From Patescibacteria group bacterium (GTDB lineage Bacteria > Patescibacteriota > Minisyncoccia > Phycocordibacterales > JACOZG01): a stretch of 55,095 bases of DNA. Made by a program: the position numbers and the translations under genes. Shown here one piece after another: positions 1 to 9,704 of this stretch (position 1 is the first letter of the stretch; each line of letters opens with the position of its first letter). The stretch spans positions 1-55,095 of the forward strand of contig JBBTTC010000011.1 of NCBI GenBank assembly GCA_038064435.1, in the 5' to 3' direction. The notes under the pieces are model-generated. The model searched no databases. It had not been told where the DNA came from and saw only the letters and a list, made by a program, of their open reading frames with translations.

Positions 1-2
1 GC

Positions 3-731
3 AGTACCGGACTCAAGGTAGCGAATATCGCTAACACATCTTCTCCGTCGCTTAGCAACTTCATACTCGACACTAATGGCACCCCCTTCCCCGCTCTCGG
101 TGTGGCTTTGCATCGTATAACTGACGGTAAAAATTGGCTCCTCGTGGCATCTGGTGATCTGGGCCTCAAGATTATTGATCTATCTAACCTTGGTGCGCCA
201 GTGGTTAGGGCGACCCTCGACACCCCCGGTTCGGCTAAGGACGTCGATGTCTCGTCTGACGGTCGCTACGCCTACGTGGCTGATTTTGGTGGTGGCCTGC
301 ATATATTTGACATTACCGCTATCACTAGTCCCACATTGGTCGGTACATTTGCCCGTCCTAACGATGGCCCGGCCACCGCGGTGGCAGCCATGACCACCTT
401 GACTTCGCCGCCCAAAAAGTTGGCTTTAACGGCTTGGGGATTTAGTTCACCGCACATTAAGGTTATTGATGTGACCATTCCTACCCAGCCGATACAACTT
501 AGTACCTTGCCGGTATTAGCCGAAGTGGATACGTTTGGCAATTATGCCGTTGTTCCAGCCTCGAGCTTCGGACTTCTTTTTTACGATTTGGCAAATCCTG
601 CCGTGCCGGCTGAGCGCTATCGTGTGGCTACTCCGGGTTCGGCTCAATCGGTGCATGTGGTTGGCGATAAGGCTTATGTTGGTGACTTCGCCGCTGCGGT
701 GGATGTGGTAGATATCCTAAGCGATAACTAA
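3..731 (+). CDS. LVIVD-repeat (beta-propeller) surface protein, 5'-truncated by the window edge
   Basis: Frame is open from nt 3, upstream of the ORF-track start at 102. Repeats such as GLKIIDLSN, YAYVADFGGGLHIFDIT, GLLFYDLANPAVP and KAYVGD are typical LVIVD units. Confidence 0.75.
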   Translation, partial: STGLKVANIANTSSPSLSNFILDTNGTPFPALGVALHRITDGKNWLLVASGDLGLKIIDLSNLGAPVVRATLDTPGSAKDVDVSSDGRYAYVADFGGGLHIFDITAITSPTLVGTFARPNDGPATAVAAMTTLTSPPKKLALTAWGFSSPHIKVIDVTIPTQPIQLSTLPVLAEVDTFGNYAVVPASSFGLLFYDLANPAVPAERYRVATPGSAQSVHVVGDKAYVGDFAAAVDVVDILSDN

Positions 732-752
732 TACAATGAGAGGCTTGCCATA

Positions 753-782
753 TAAAAAACCGGTCAGCCGCGGCTGACCGGT
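753..782 (-). terminator. Intrinsic terminator for the minus-strand gene at 807-1379
   Basis: Perfect palindrome ACCGGTCAGCCG/CGGCTGACCGGT (759-782) followed on the minus strand by a T run. Confidence 0.75.
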
Positions 783-806
783 GATGGAGCATTTGCTCCA
801 AAAGAA

Positions 807-1379
807 CTATGTAGGTGCGGCACGGGGTGTTTTGTCTAATTCAGCTGGACTAGGTCCCGGGTCTTCTTTCTGGACCAAACCAAAATCGACGAGCGCAACC
901 TTGACTTGCTCAAAATTTTTCTCGACCCGGGCGATGGTCCTTTTGTCCTGGTTCGAGAGAATGGCCGCCTGAACATAATCGCTTTCTGCGGTCAAAACTT
1001 GGCGAGCTCGATTTCTGATTTCCCTTTCGCTAGCGTATTGAAGAGGAAGATCATGTCCACTCAAAATACTGAAGCTCTCGATAAATGGCGCCAAACGCGT
1101 TTCATCTCGCCAGCGCAAAAAATAAGTCATAAGACAAAACACAACCCCGACGGCAACTAAGGATATCGTCAGTGTCGAGAAGAGCAACCCGAACCATGCT
1201 TGGTATACCAAAAAAACCACCATGCTCCAAATACCTATACCGTATATCCAATCTCGCAATATCGCTCGTCGTGCAGTAATGAGCGGATCCCAGCCATGCC
1301 GTTCATGCCAGAGTTGTCTAGTGACATTGGAAAGTCTTCGGTCGCGGTCATGAGCGACGATGTCGCTGTATTTGTTCAC
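807..1379 (-). CDS. Hypothetical membrane protein (2 TM)
   Basis: Two hydrophobic segments. Likely GTG start at 1379 behind an AGGAG Shine-Dalgarno. Has its own promoter and terminator. Confidence 0.65.
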   Translation of the reverse strand: MNKYSDIVAHDRDRRLSNVTRQLWHERHGWDPLITARRAILRDWIYGIGIWSMVVFLVYQAWFGLLFSTLTISLVAVGVVFCLMTYFLRWRDETRLAPFIESFSILSGHDLPLQYASEREIRNRARQVLTAESDYVQAAILSNQDKRTIARVEKNFEQVKVALVDFGLVQKEDPGPSPAELDKTPRAAPT

Positions 1380-1439
1380 GTTAATTCTCCTGTAAATGAG
1401 CCAGCAATTAGTCAGGGACATCCCAACCGTTCTTTGCTA

Positions 1440-1468
1440 AGTGTATATCTGTTTGAGCTATTTGTCAA
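1440..1468 (-). promoter_or_regulatory. sigma70 promoter TTGACA-N17-TACACT
   Basis: Read directly on the minus strand upstream of the 807-1379 gene. Confidence 0.6.
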
Positions 1469-1519
1469 GGCGAATTGGCTTAATACAAATGTGGATTATG
1501 TTATGATATTAGGGCAACG

Positions 1520-2392
1520 ATGAATTTAATTGATCATATCAAGGCCGCCGGCGCGATGGGCAGGGCGTTGGGGCATTTCAATATCTCCAACCTCGAGGGT
1601 TTGTGGGGAATTTTTCGCGCCGCTCGGGCCTTGGAATTGCCGGTGGTGATTGGCGTGTCGGAGGGTGAACGGGATTTTGTTGGTGTGCGACAGGCGGCGG
1701 CGATAGTAAAGAGTTTGCGCGACGAGTTTAATTATCCGATTTTTCTCAATGCCGACCACAGTTATTCTTTTGATCGAGTTAAGGAAGCAATTGATGCTGG
1801 TTTTGATGCCGTGATTTTTGACGGCAGTGATCTATCGCTGGAGGAAAATATTAAAATTACGCGCCAGTGTGTTGACTATGCGCGCAGTCAGCCGCGGCCA
1901 GTGGTGGTGGAGGGGGAGATTGGTTATATTGGTAAATCGTCGCAGGTGCTAGATAAAATCCCCGATGCCGTTAACCTCGATCCGGCCAGTTTGCCCACGC
2001 CCGAGGAGGCCGCGCGATTTGTGCAAGCCACGGGCGTGGACTTGCTCGCGCCGGCGGTGGGCAATATCCACGGCATGCTCAAGCATGGTCACGATCCGGC
2101 CTTGCAGATTGACTTGATCAAAAGGATCAGCGCCACTGCCGGTGTGCCGCTGGTGCTCCATGGTGCTTCTGGCAATACCGACGAAGATGTAAGTGCGGCT
2201 ATTACTGCCGGTATTTCTCTGGTGCATATTAATACCGAAATACGTGTGGCTTGGCGCGACGCGGTAAAAAAATCTCTTCAAGATCAACCAGACGAGGTCG
2301 CGCCGTATAAAATTATGAAAGAATCGGTGCAGACCGTGGAGCGAGTCGTTGACAAGAAACTTCGTTTGTTCAACGCCTTGCCAGCTAGCTAA
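1520..2392 (+). CDS. fba: Class II fructose-bisphosphate aldolase
   Basis: DHS, VEGEIG, AVGNIHG, LVLHGASG and NINTE-like motifs of class II aldolases. Confidence 0.9.
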   Translation: MNLIDHIKAAGAMGRALGHFNISNLEGLWGIFRAARALELPVVIGVSEGERDFVGVRQAAAIVKSLRDEFNYPIFLNADHSYSFDRVKEAIDAGFDAVIFDGSDLSLEENIKITRQCVDYARSQPRPVVVEGEIGYIGKSSQVLDKIPDAVNLDPASLPTPEEAARFVQATGVDLLAPAVGNIHGMLKHGHDPALQIDLIKRISATAGVPLVLHGASGNTDEDVSAAITAGISLVHINTEIRVAWRDAVKKSLQDQPDEVAPYKIMKESVQTVERVVDKKLRLFNALPAS

Positions 2393-2412
2393 ATTCTTGC
2401 AATAATGCCGCC

Positions 2413-3078
2413 ATGTTGAAGTTGAGGGCGGAAAAGCGGACTATTTTTGGTAAACAACTGCGGGCTGTGCGGGCGGGCGGTTGGTTGCCACTGGTGGCCT
2501 ATGGCCGGCGTGATCAGCCGGAGTCATTACAGGTTTTGGCCCGCGATTTTCAAAAAATTTGGCATCAAGCCGGTGAATCTACGGTGATTGGTCTTGAGGT
2601 GACGGGGGAAGACGAGCGGCCGGTGTTGATCCACGAGGTGACGCATCATCCGGTCACTAATGAAGTGGTGCATGCCGATTTATATGTTATCGAGAAGGGT
2701 CAAAAATTGGAGGTTAATGTGCCGTTACAGTTTATTGGTTTACCACCGGCGGTTAAAAATTTGGGTGGCATTTTGATCAAAGTTTTACATGAGTTAGCGA
2801 TTGAAGCTCTGCCCAAAGATTTGCCGGCTTACTTAGAGGTCGATACTACTGCCCTAGAGACTGTGGAGAGTCAGATTTTGGTTAAAGATATTAAAATTCC
2901 GGCTGGCGTGACGGTGAAGAATCGGCCCGATGAAGTGGTGGCTTCAATCGACGTGCCGAAGGAAGAGGAGGAAACGCCCGCCGAGCCGGTTGACTTAACG
3001 CAGATCGAAGTGGAAAAGAAGGGCAAGAAGGACGAGGAGGAAATCCCGCCTTTAGTTGAGGAGAGTAAAAAAGAATAG
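2413..3078 (+). CDS. rplY: 50S ribosomal protein L25 (Ctc form)
   Basis: L25 N-domain (VAYGR, HPVT, HADLY), Ctc C-domain (ALPKDLP) and an acidic tail. Confidence 0.93.
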   Translation: MLKLRAEKRTIFGKQLRAVRAGGWLPLVAYGRRDQPESLQVLARDFQKIWHQAGESTVIGLEVTGEDERPVLIHEVTHHPVTNEVVHADLYVIEKGQKLEVNVPLQFIGLPPAVKNLGGILIKVLHELAIEALPKDLPAYLEVDTTALETVESQILVKDIKIPAGVTVKNRPDEVVASIDVPKEEEETPAEPVDLTQIEVEKKGKKDEEEIPPLVEESKKE

Positions 3079-3081
3079 TGT

Positions 3082-4383
3082 ATGTGGTGGCGGTTTTTAG
3101 CCTCGGGGGCGCTCGTTTTAATCGCTAGTTCGGCTTTGGCCCAAACCTCGGTGGAGGATCGCAAGCGGGCACTGGAAGCCGAACTGGCTGAAGTGGAGAA
3201 GGAAATTGCCGCGCAAACAACACTCTTGCGGGCCACGCAACGGCAGGGCGCGAGTCTCAAGCGCGACATTGATCTTCTCACCTACGAACTTAATCAGTCC
3301 AAGCTCAAAATCAAGGCCAAAAAATTGGAGATCGAGCGCTTGGGCGGCGATATAACAAAAAAAATTGGCACAATTGCTGATTTGGAGGCACGCATCGAGA
3401 GGGAAAAATTGGCTTTGGCCGAACTACTTAGGCAAACGCGTGATTCCGAAGGCCTGTCGTTCGTGGAGGTCATGCTCGATGGCGACCGCCTATCAACTGT
3501 GTTTGCTAATGTCAATTCGTTCACGCAAATTGAGGCCGAGATTAAGGAGTCGTTTGCCAACATGCGTGCCACCAAGCAAACCACCGAGGCGGAAAAGGTC
3601 TCGCTCGAGAAGCGGCGCAATGCCGAGATCGATGCTCGTAAGGTAATTGAAGAGGAGCAGGCCAAAATTGCCGCCAACGAAAAAGAGAAACAGCGTCTCT
3701 TGGGTCTAAATAAAAATCAGCAGGTCGCTTATCAAAAAGTTCTTACCGAGCGCGAGCGCAAGCGAACGGAAATTAGAAGTGCCCTTTTCAAATTGCGTGG
3801 CTCGACCGCTATTTCTTTTGGCGAGGCGTTGGATCATGCCAATTTTGTGAGTGGTAAAACGGGTGTGCGGCCAGCTTTTCTCATGGCGATCATTACTCAA
3901 GAATCAAATTTAGGCGAGAATGTGGGCACCTGCAATCGCCCCGGTGACCCGTTGGCCAAAGGTTGGCGTAATATTCTCAAGCCATCGCGCGATCACGCAC
4001 CGTTCCTAGCTATTACTCGAGCGCTTGGCTTAGATCCCGACATCGTGCCGCTTTCTTGCCCGATTGGCAGTGGTTGGGGCGGCGCTATGGGGCCAGCGCA
4101 ATTTATTCCTTCCACTTGGCAGACCTACGAATCGCGGATCAGTTCAGTAACCGGTAATCGACCGCCGAGCCCGTGGACGGTGCGTGATGCTTTTACTGGT
4201 TCGGGATTATTTTTAGCTGATCTTGGCGCCGATGCCGGTGGTTACACGGCCGAGCGCACGGCGGCGCTTAAGTATTATGCTGGCGGCAACTGGAAACTGT
4301 CCAAAAATGCTTTTTACGGCAATGAAGTAATGGATATTGCTTCCGGCTATCAAAATTTGATCAATACCTTGCAAAATAGTTAA
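3082..4383 (+). CDS. Secreted coiled-coil protein with C-terminal lytic murein transglycosylase domain
   Basis: Signal peptide, long coiled coil, catalytic TQESNLG and GAMGPAQFIPSTW (MltB/SLT_2-like). Confidence 0.85.
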   Translation: MWWRFLASGALVLIASSALAQTSVEDRKRALEAELAEVEKEIAAQTTLLRATQRQGASLKRDIDLLTYELNQSKLKIKAKKLEIERLGGDITKKIGTIADLEARIEREKLALAELLRQTRDSEGLSFVEVMLDGDRLSTVFANVNSFTQIEAEIKESFANMRATKQTTEAEKVSLEKRRNAEIDARKVIEEEQAKIAANEKEKQRLLGLNKNQQVAYQKVLTERERKRTEIRSALFKLRGSTAISFGEALDHANFVSGKTGVRPAFLMAIITQESNLGENVGTCNRPGDPLAKGWRNILKPSRDHAPFLAITRALGLDPDIVPLSCPIGSGWGGAMGPAQFIPSTWQTYESRISSVTGNRPPSPWTVRDAFTGSGLFLADLGADAGGYTAERTAALKYYAGGNWKLSKNAFYGNEVMDIASGYQNLINTLQNS

Positions 4384-4404
4384 TATTTCATTATCCTGTT
4401 GGCC

Positions 4405-4626
4405 ATGAAGAAGGAGATCCATCCAACCTATTATCCGGCGGCCACGGCTACTTGCTCTTGCGGCGAGTCTTTTACCGTTGGCTCAACTAAGGAGAAACTG
4501 GAAGTCGAAATTTGTAGTGCCTGCCACCCGTTTTTTTCCGGTCAAGAAAAGGTGATCGATACCGCCGGTCGCGTGGAGAAGTTTAAGACGCGACGAGCTA
4601 AGGCGCGGCATGGACGAGCCGCTTAG
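4405..4626 (+). CDS. rpmE: 50S ribosomal protein L31 (Zn-binding form)
   Basis: [27 protein letters not shown]. Confidence 0.95.
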   Translation: MKKEIHPTYYPAATATCSCGESFTVGSTKEKLEVEICSACHPFFSGQEKVIDTAGRVEKFKTRRAKARHGRAA

Positions 4627-5572
4627 CACATATCGCGCTAATCCCCGCACCGCTCATCTGGCCGCGCGCTACGCCGAACTGACGGAAAAAATTATTGCCA
4701 CCGAGGCCTTGGCCACTGGCGAGCTCAAAGACTTAGCGGAAAAAGATATTGCGGTTTGGCGCGCCGAGCAGGCCGAATTGGAGAAGGAGATGGTTAAACT
4801 AACGGCTGAATCGCCGGCGCCGGCCGGAGCGGAGACGACCGGCGATGATTTGGTGATGGAAATTCGCGCCGGCGCCGGTGGCGATGAGTCATCACTCTTT
4901 GCTCGTACCTTGGCCGAAATGTATGGTCGTTATGCCACTAGCCGTGACTGGACGATGGTGCTGGTGGATGAATCGCGAAGCGAGGTCGGAGGGTATAAAG
5001 AAGTGGTTTTTGAACTATCGGGCCGCGGTGTTTACGATGACCTGCGGCACGAAACCGGTGTGCACCGCATCCAGCGTGTGCCCGCTACAGAAAAACAAGG
5101 TCGGGTGCACACCTCCACGGCCTCCGTGGCCATTATTCCTTTGCGCACGCGTCAACAAATTACGCTCAACCCAGCCGATTTAGAAATTACCACTACCCGT
5201 TCCGGCGGCGCCGGTGGGCAAAATGTGAATAAGGTGGAAACGGCGGTGCGTATTGTGCACAAGCCCTCGGGTTTAGTGGTGCGTTGCCAAAGCGAGCGCA
5301 GTCAACAACGTAATAAAGATAAGGCACTAGCGATTTTAGCCAGTAAACTCAACCAGCAAACGTCCGAGGCCGCGAGCGCGGCCGAGGCGGCCGCGCGTCG
5401 CGATCAGATTGGCACCGGCGATCGCTCGGAAAAAATTCGTACCTATAACGTTATTCAAGACCGTGTTACCGACCATCGGCTTAAAGAGTCATGGCACAAT
5501 ATTGACCGGATTTGGGCCGGGGAAATAGGCGCCATTATTGAAGCACTCAAAGTTGTGGATAAATCAAACTAA
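4610..5572 (+). CDS. prfA: Peptide chain release factor 1
   Basis: GGQ motif (GAGGQNVNK), PxT anticodon-mimic motif (VPATE), [10 protein letters not shown]-domain is shortened. Confidence 0.93.
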   Translation: MDEPLSTYRANPRTAHLAARYAELTEKIIATEALATGELKDLAEKDIAVWRAEQAELEKEMVKLTAESPAPAGAETTGDDLVMEIRAGAGGDESSLFARTLAEMYGRYATSRDWTMVLVDESRSEVGGYKEVVFELSGRGVYDDLRHETGVHRIQRVPATEKQGRVHTSTASVAIIPLRTRQQITLNPADLEITTTRSGGAGGQNVNKVETAVRIVHKPSGLVVRCQSERSQQRNKDKALAILASKLNQQTSEAASAAEAAARRDQIGTGDRSEKIRTYNVIQDRVTDHRLKESWHNIDRIWAGEIGAIIEALKVVDKSN

Positions 5573-5601
5573 ACGACCGGCGGTGATGGTATCATAAGGA
5601 T

Positions 5602-7281
5602 ATGAAAACCCATCACTTACATGTTTCGTCAATAATTTTACTCTTGGTGGTAATTGCTCTCGGTTTAGTTTACTCGCCGGCCGGCAATCGCCAGTCCAAC
5701 GCGGAAACTTCGCCCTGCGGCAGTAGTAAAAATTTGTCGGGTTACGCTTGGAGTTCCAATATCGGCTGGATCAGATTCCACGGCATCAATTTTGGCAGTG
5801 TTGATTGGCCAGGCGTATCTCTCAATGCCAACTGCGAACTCGAGGGTTACGCTTGGAGCCCAAACGTTGGTTGGATCAAGTTTAGTCCCAACTTGTGGCC
5901 GGTGGGTGCGGAGGATGCATCTGGCGCTAAAATATCCTCGCCGGTTAATGGGAACGGTAGTTTTAGCGGTTGGGCGCGGGCTTGTTCCGTTTTCACCTCC
6001 GGTTGCCCGGGCGCGCTTGATGATGACAGCCGTCTCGGCGGTTGGGATGGGTGGATTAGGATGAGTGATACACTGCCGACGGCCTATGGTGTAAATAAAG
6101 ATGCCACCGGTAAATTAACCGGCCATGCTTGGGGCAGTGATGTTATAGGTTGGATCAAGTTCTGCGGTGATGATCCGAATCAATATTGTGTGAAAACGCA
6201 AGATCTAGAAGTAGTTTGTAAAGCACAATTATTGGGTGCAGATATTGGTACGGTCGCGCTGGATACTCCTTTCCAATGGGTAGCTTCTGTTTCAAACGGG
6301 GCTGGACCTTATACTTATTCGTGGTCAGCCACCCCCATTTCTGCGTCACCCAATTTCCCATGGTCAAACAATAGCAGTGTTACTCAAAGTTATAGTTCGG
6401 GAGGAGGCGCTGGCGCATTTGTGCTGGTCACAGATAGCGAGTTAAAGACTGGTCGTAGTCAGGATTGTGTTGTTGGTCTGCTTCCACCCGATGACGGCCT
6501 AACGACCTTGACGATACAAATTACTGGCGATGGGGCGGGAAGTATTGATTATCCGCCGGCAGATGGGGCTGGCGACCCGCCTCCATGTGTGCATATTGCT
6601 GGTGCAACAACAATTTGCACGGCGGTTTACGAAGAGACGAACTCGGTGGATTTGTCTGAATCACATGGTGCCCCTGTTACTTTTGGCGGTTGGCCAGCAG
6701 CATGCCCGTCGCCCTTCGGTCCTACCTGTAACAACGTAGCGATGACCAGTGATGTGACGATCAATGTTAATTTTGACGATCCGACTGTGGGCAGTAATGT
6801 CACGCTGTGTGCCTTACAAGAGGATGCAAGTTTCCAGGTGATTGCGCCGCCGGGTGGTTGTTATGCCTCGGGCAGTGAGCCGGTGATGGGTATTCTTTAT
6901 CATCCGACTGGCAACGCGGTGAATGCGGTACCAGTTATCCACATTGGAGTGGTGAATGCCGACGGTGATCCGGTGCAATTGGAAGTAAAGGAATTTTCTC
7001 GTCGTGCCAATAGTCAATCCATAGAGACCGTGCCCGGCGGGAGTAATGTGAGTTGCCGTTTTGGTGATAACGGTTCTTTCAGTGAGGATTGCGTTGGTCT
7101 TAAAAGCAGTGCCGTTTCCTCTGGTTCGTACGCCGACCTTACTATCAGGGTTAATGATCAGTCGCGCGATTTGTTAGAAGCATCTCCCTTTAAAATTGTA
7201 ATTGGGGTGAAGAATGGTGATCCCGCCGATGTTCTAAACCTTAAATTTAATTATCAACCAAGCAATGTGCGCCCGCGCTAG
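5602..7281 (+). CDS. Cys-rich extracellular protein with GYAWSxNIGWI repeats and Ig/PKD-like domains
   Basis: N-terminal TM/signal, four G(Y/H/W)AW..GWI repeats, then beta-rich segments (GPYTYSWS). Typical CPR surface protein. Confidence 0.7.
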   Translation: MKTHHLHVSSIILLLVVIALGLVYSPAGNRQSNAETSPCGSSKNLSGYAWSSNIGWIRFHGINFGSVDWPGVSLNANCELEGYAWSPNVGWIKFSPNLWPVGAEDASGAKISSPVNGNGSFSGWARACSVFTSGCPGALDDDSRLGGWDGWIRMSDTLPTAYGVNKDATGKLTGHAWGSDVIGWIKFCGDDPNQYCVKTQDLEVVCKAQLLGADIGTVALDTPFQWVASVSNGAGPYTYSWSATPISASPNFPWSNNSSVTQSYSSGGGAGAFVLVTDSELKTGRSQDCVVGLLPPDDGLTTLTIQITGDGAGSIDYPPADGAGDPPPCVHIAGATTICTAVYEETNSVDLSESHGAPVTFGGWPAACPSPFGPTCNNVAMTSDVTINVNFDDPTVGSNVTLCALQEDASFQVIAPPGGCYASGSEPVMGILYHPTGNAVNAVPVIHIGVVNADGDPVQLEVKEFSRRANSQSIETVPGGSNVSCRFGDNGSFSEDCVGLKSSAVSSGSYADLTIRVNDQSRDLLEASPFKIVIGVKNGDPADVLNLKFNYQPSNVRPR

Positions 7282-7322
7282 TTGGTTGCCAATTGGGTCC
7301 TGGTTTGTTAGACTGCCGACCT

Positions 7323-8054
7323 ATGACCGTGAAAGTAAAAGACGATAAAAATGATCAGGCCATTCGCCAGCTGTTTGAAGCCGGTGCACATTTTGGCTAT
7401 TCACGTTCGCGGCGGCATCCCTCGGTGCAGTCTTATATTTATGGTTTCAAAAACCGTGTCGCCATTGTTGACTTGCGCCAGGTTGTGACGGCATTGGAGA
7501 AGGCCAAAAACTTTTTGTCTTCATTGGCGGCCAACAATCAAACGGTGTTGTGGGTTGGAACAAAAAACGAGGCTCGGGCCTTTGTTCAAGTGGCCGCCGA
7601 GGATTTAAATCAGCCCTATGTTATCGGTCGCTGGTTGGGTGGCACACTTACCAATTTTTCTCAATTGCAGAAGCGCCTCGGCCGTTTATCGGATTTAAAA
7701 ACAAAAAAAGACAAAGGCGAGCTGAGCATTTATACCAAAAAGGAGCAATTATTGATTGATCGCGAGATTGCCGATCTGGAACGTCGTTTTGGAACAATTG
7801 CCAGTCTCAAGCATTTGCCGGCCACGGTGGTGGTGATTGATTCCCGCGCTGAAGACTTGGCTGTACGCGAGGCCCGACAGATGAAGATCCCGGTAGTTAG
7901 TTTGTCGGGCACGGACTGCAATTTGGTGGGTATCAATTTTCCGGTGGTGGGGAATGACGCCGGCCGTGCCAGCATTAAGTATTTTGTGGATCAGTTGGCT
8001 ACGGCCTATCGTGCGGGTAAAATGACACCGCCCGTCGTCGCCCCGGCCGTCTAA
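7323..8054 (+). CDS. rpsB: 30S ribosomal protein S2
   Basis: AGAHFG, VGTK, RWLGGTLTNF, GNDAG. ATG at 7323 preferred. Confidence 0.96.
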   Translation: MTVKVKDDKNDQAIRQLFEAGAHFGYSRSRRHPSVQSYIYGFKNRVAIVDLRQVVTALEKAKNFLSSLAANNQTVLWVGTKNEARAFVQVAAEDLNQPYVIGRWLGGTLTNFSQLQKRLGRLSDLKTKKDKGELSIYTKKEQLLIDREIADLERRFGTIASLKHLPATVVVIDSRAEDLAVREARQMKIPVVSLSGTDCNLVGINFPVVGNDAGRASIKYFVDQLATAYRAGKMTPPVVAPAV

Positions 8055-8072
8055 TCGTGCTATTATTGACGA

Positions 8073-8534
8073 GTGATGATCAGTACGAGCCAGATTAAAG
8101 AATTGCGCCAGCAGTCGGGAGGAGTGTCGATTGCCGAATGTCGGTCGGCGCTCGAAAGAGCGAGTGGCGACATGTCTAAGGCGCTTGAGTTCTTGAAAGA
8201 GTCTAGCGCTAAATTGTCCGCTAAAAAAGCTGGCCGAGTGCTTGGTGCTGGTTACATCCATTCTTATATTCACGGTGGTGGAGCGATTGGCACCTTGGTG
8301 GAATTGCGAGCCGAAACTGACTTTGTGGCTAAAAACCCCGATTTTCATTTATTGGCGGACGATATTGCTCTGCAAATCTCAGCCACATCTCCAGCTGACG
8401 TTACCTCACTATTGACGGAACCGTTTATTAAAGACCCAGCCCAGTCAATTGCCGATTTAATAAAAAACGCCGTGCAGCGTTTTGGTGAACGGGTAGAGAT
8501 TAGTCGCTTTGCCCGTTTCGCGGCCGGAGAATGA
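8073..8534 (+). CDS. tsf: Elongation factor Ts (short form)
   Basis: IKELRQQSG UBA-like N-terminus, ETDFVA motif, follows rpsB. Confidence 0.93.
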   Translation: MMISTSQIKELRQQSGGVSIAECRSALERASGDMSKALEFLKESSAKLSAKKAGRVLGAGYIHSYIHGGGAIGTLVELRAETDFVAKNPDFHLLADDIALQISATSPADVTSLLTEPFIKDPAQSIADLIKNAVQRFGERVEISRFARFAAGE

Positions 8535-8938
8535 TTGTTGTTTTTTCATTGGTTGCCATATCGGTGGTTGGGTTAGTGTCACTGGTGTGGTGGCAGGGTC
8601 GGCGTTGGCAGGAGGAACCAATAGTGGTTAGCCAAGTGCTGGACTGGTCAACGTTACTGCTGTGGCGTCCGCTTGATTATCTAACTATTGAATTGCCGCA
8701 TCTGTTCCGGCGCGGCGTAAAGTTGGGCGTGGTTTACATCCTATTGTTTTTACGGCGCGGTTTAATTAGTCTCAAACATGGTTTGGTGTGGTTGGAGAAA
8801 CATTCTTCGACGCTTATTGATCTGGTGCACAGTCAGCGAGGGCATCAAGGCAAAACTTCTTCATCTTTTTTCTTGGAGGAGATAAAATTTCATCAAGACA
8901 AAATGCGCCGTGAAGCCACGCCGCGCCGGCCAGATTAG
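8531..8938 (+). CDS. Hypothetical membrane protein
   Basis: N-terminal TM helix. ATGA overlap with the tsf stop. Stop codon lies inside the tRNA-Thr gene. Confidence 0.65.
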   Translation: MIVVFSLVAISVVGLVSLVWWQGRRWQEEPIVVSQVLDWSTLLLWRPLDYLTIELPHLFRRGVKLGVVYILLFLRRGLISLKHGLVWLEKHSSTLIDLVHSQRGHQGKTSSSFFLEEIKFHQDKMRREATPRRPD

Positions 8939-9000
8939 CTCAGTGGTAGAGCTCCCGTTTTGTAAACGGGCGGTCGTCGGTTCGAGTCCGACATCTGGCT
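8929..9000 (+). tRNA. tRNA-Thr(UGU), CCA not encoded
   Basis: Acceptor GCCAGAT/ATCTGGC, D arm GCTC..GAGC, anticodon arm CCCGT-TT-TGT-AA-ACGGG, T arm GTCGG-TTCGAGT-CCGAC. Confidence 0.96.
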
Positions 9001-9002
9001 TT

Positions 9003-9704
9003 ATGAAGCAAGACGGACGGGGACATTTGCATCTTTTAACTCAAGCAGAACGCCGCGCCCGCGCTATTTTTCAGCAGCTCGGTTTTGCCACAGTTGGCGG
9101 GCCAGAGGTAGAAACGGAGTATTATAATTTTGATGCGCTCAACATTTCGGCCGATCATCCGGCGCGGGATTTGTGGGATACTTTTTGGCTCGAGCCGCGC
9201 TCGGCCAGTCGCTTGTTGCGCACGCACACTTCGCCAGTACAAATTAGATATTTAGAAAATCACCCACCGCCGGTGCGGATCATTGCGCCCGGTCGGGTTT
9301 TTCGTTACGAAGCAACAGACGCCACTCACAACTACCAATTTCATCAACTGGAAGGTTTGGTGGTGGATCGGCAGATTAATTTAGCTCAGCTCAAGGGGGT
9401 AGTGGAAGAGTTTTTGCGTCAGTTTTTTAATCTGGCCGATTTGGCAACGCGTTTTCGACCCAGCTATTTTCCTTTCGTTGAGCCGGGTGTGGAGGTGGAC
9501 ATATTGTGGCGTGACAAATTTGTGGAGGTAATGGGCGCTGGCTTGGTGCATCCCACGGTGCTTGACGGTGTGGGCCTTGATCCCGAAGTTTGGTCGGGCT
9601 TTGCTTTTGGTTTGGGGCTAGATCGGTTGACGATGATTCGCCATGGAGTTGATGACGTGCGCTATTTCTACGATGGTCACATAGGTTTTCTCCAGCAATT
9701 TTAA
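9003..9704 (+). CDS. pheS: Phenylalanine-tRNA ligase alpha subunit (lacks N-terminal coiled coil)
   Basis: HPARD, LLRTHTSPVQ, FHQLEG, FPFVEP, GFAFGLGLDR. True start is ATG 9003; the ORF-track extension runs through the tRNA. Confidence 0.95.
   Translation: MKQDGRGHLHLLTQAERRARAIFQQLGFATVGGPEVETEYYNFDALNISADHPARDLWDTFWLEPRSASRLLRTHTSPVQIRYLENHPPPVRIIAPGRVFRYEATDATHNYQFHQLEGLVVDRQINLAQLKGVVEEFLRQFFNLADLATRFRPSYFPFVEPGVEVDILWRDKFVEVMGAGLVHPTVLDGVGLDPEVWSGFAFGLGLDRLTMIRHGVDDVRYFYDGHIGFLQQF

Noticed and set aside
8910-9002. ORF-track N-terminal extension of PheS
   Set aside because: It is a read-through of the tRNA-Thr gene; ATG 9003 is the plausible start.
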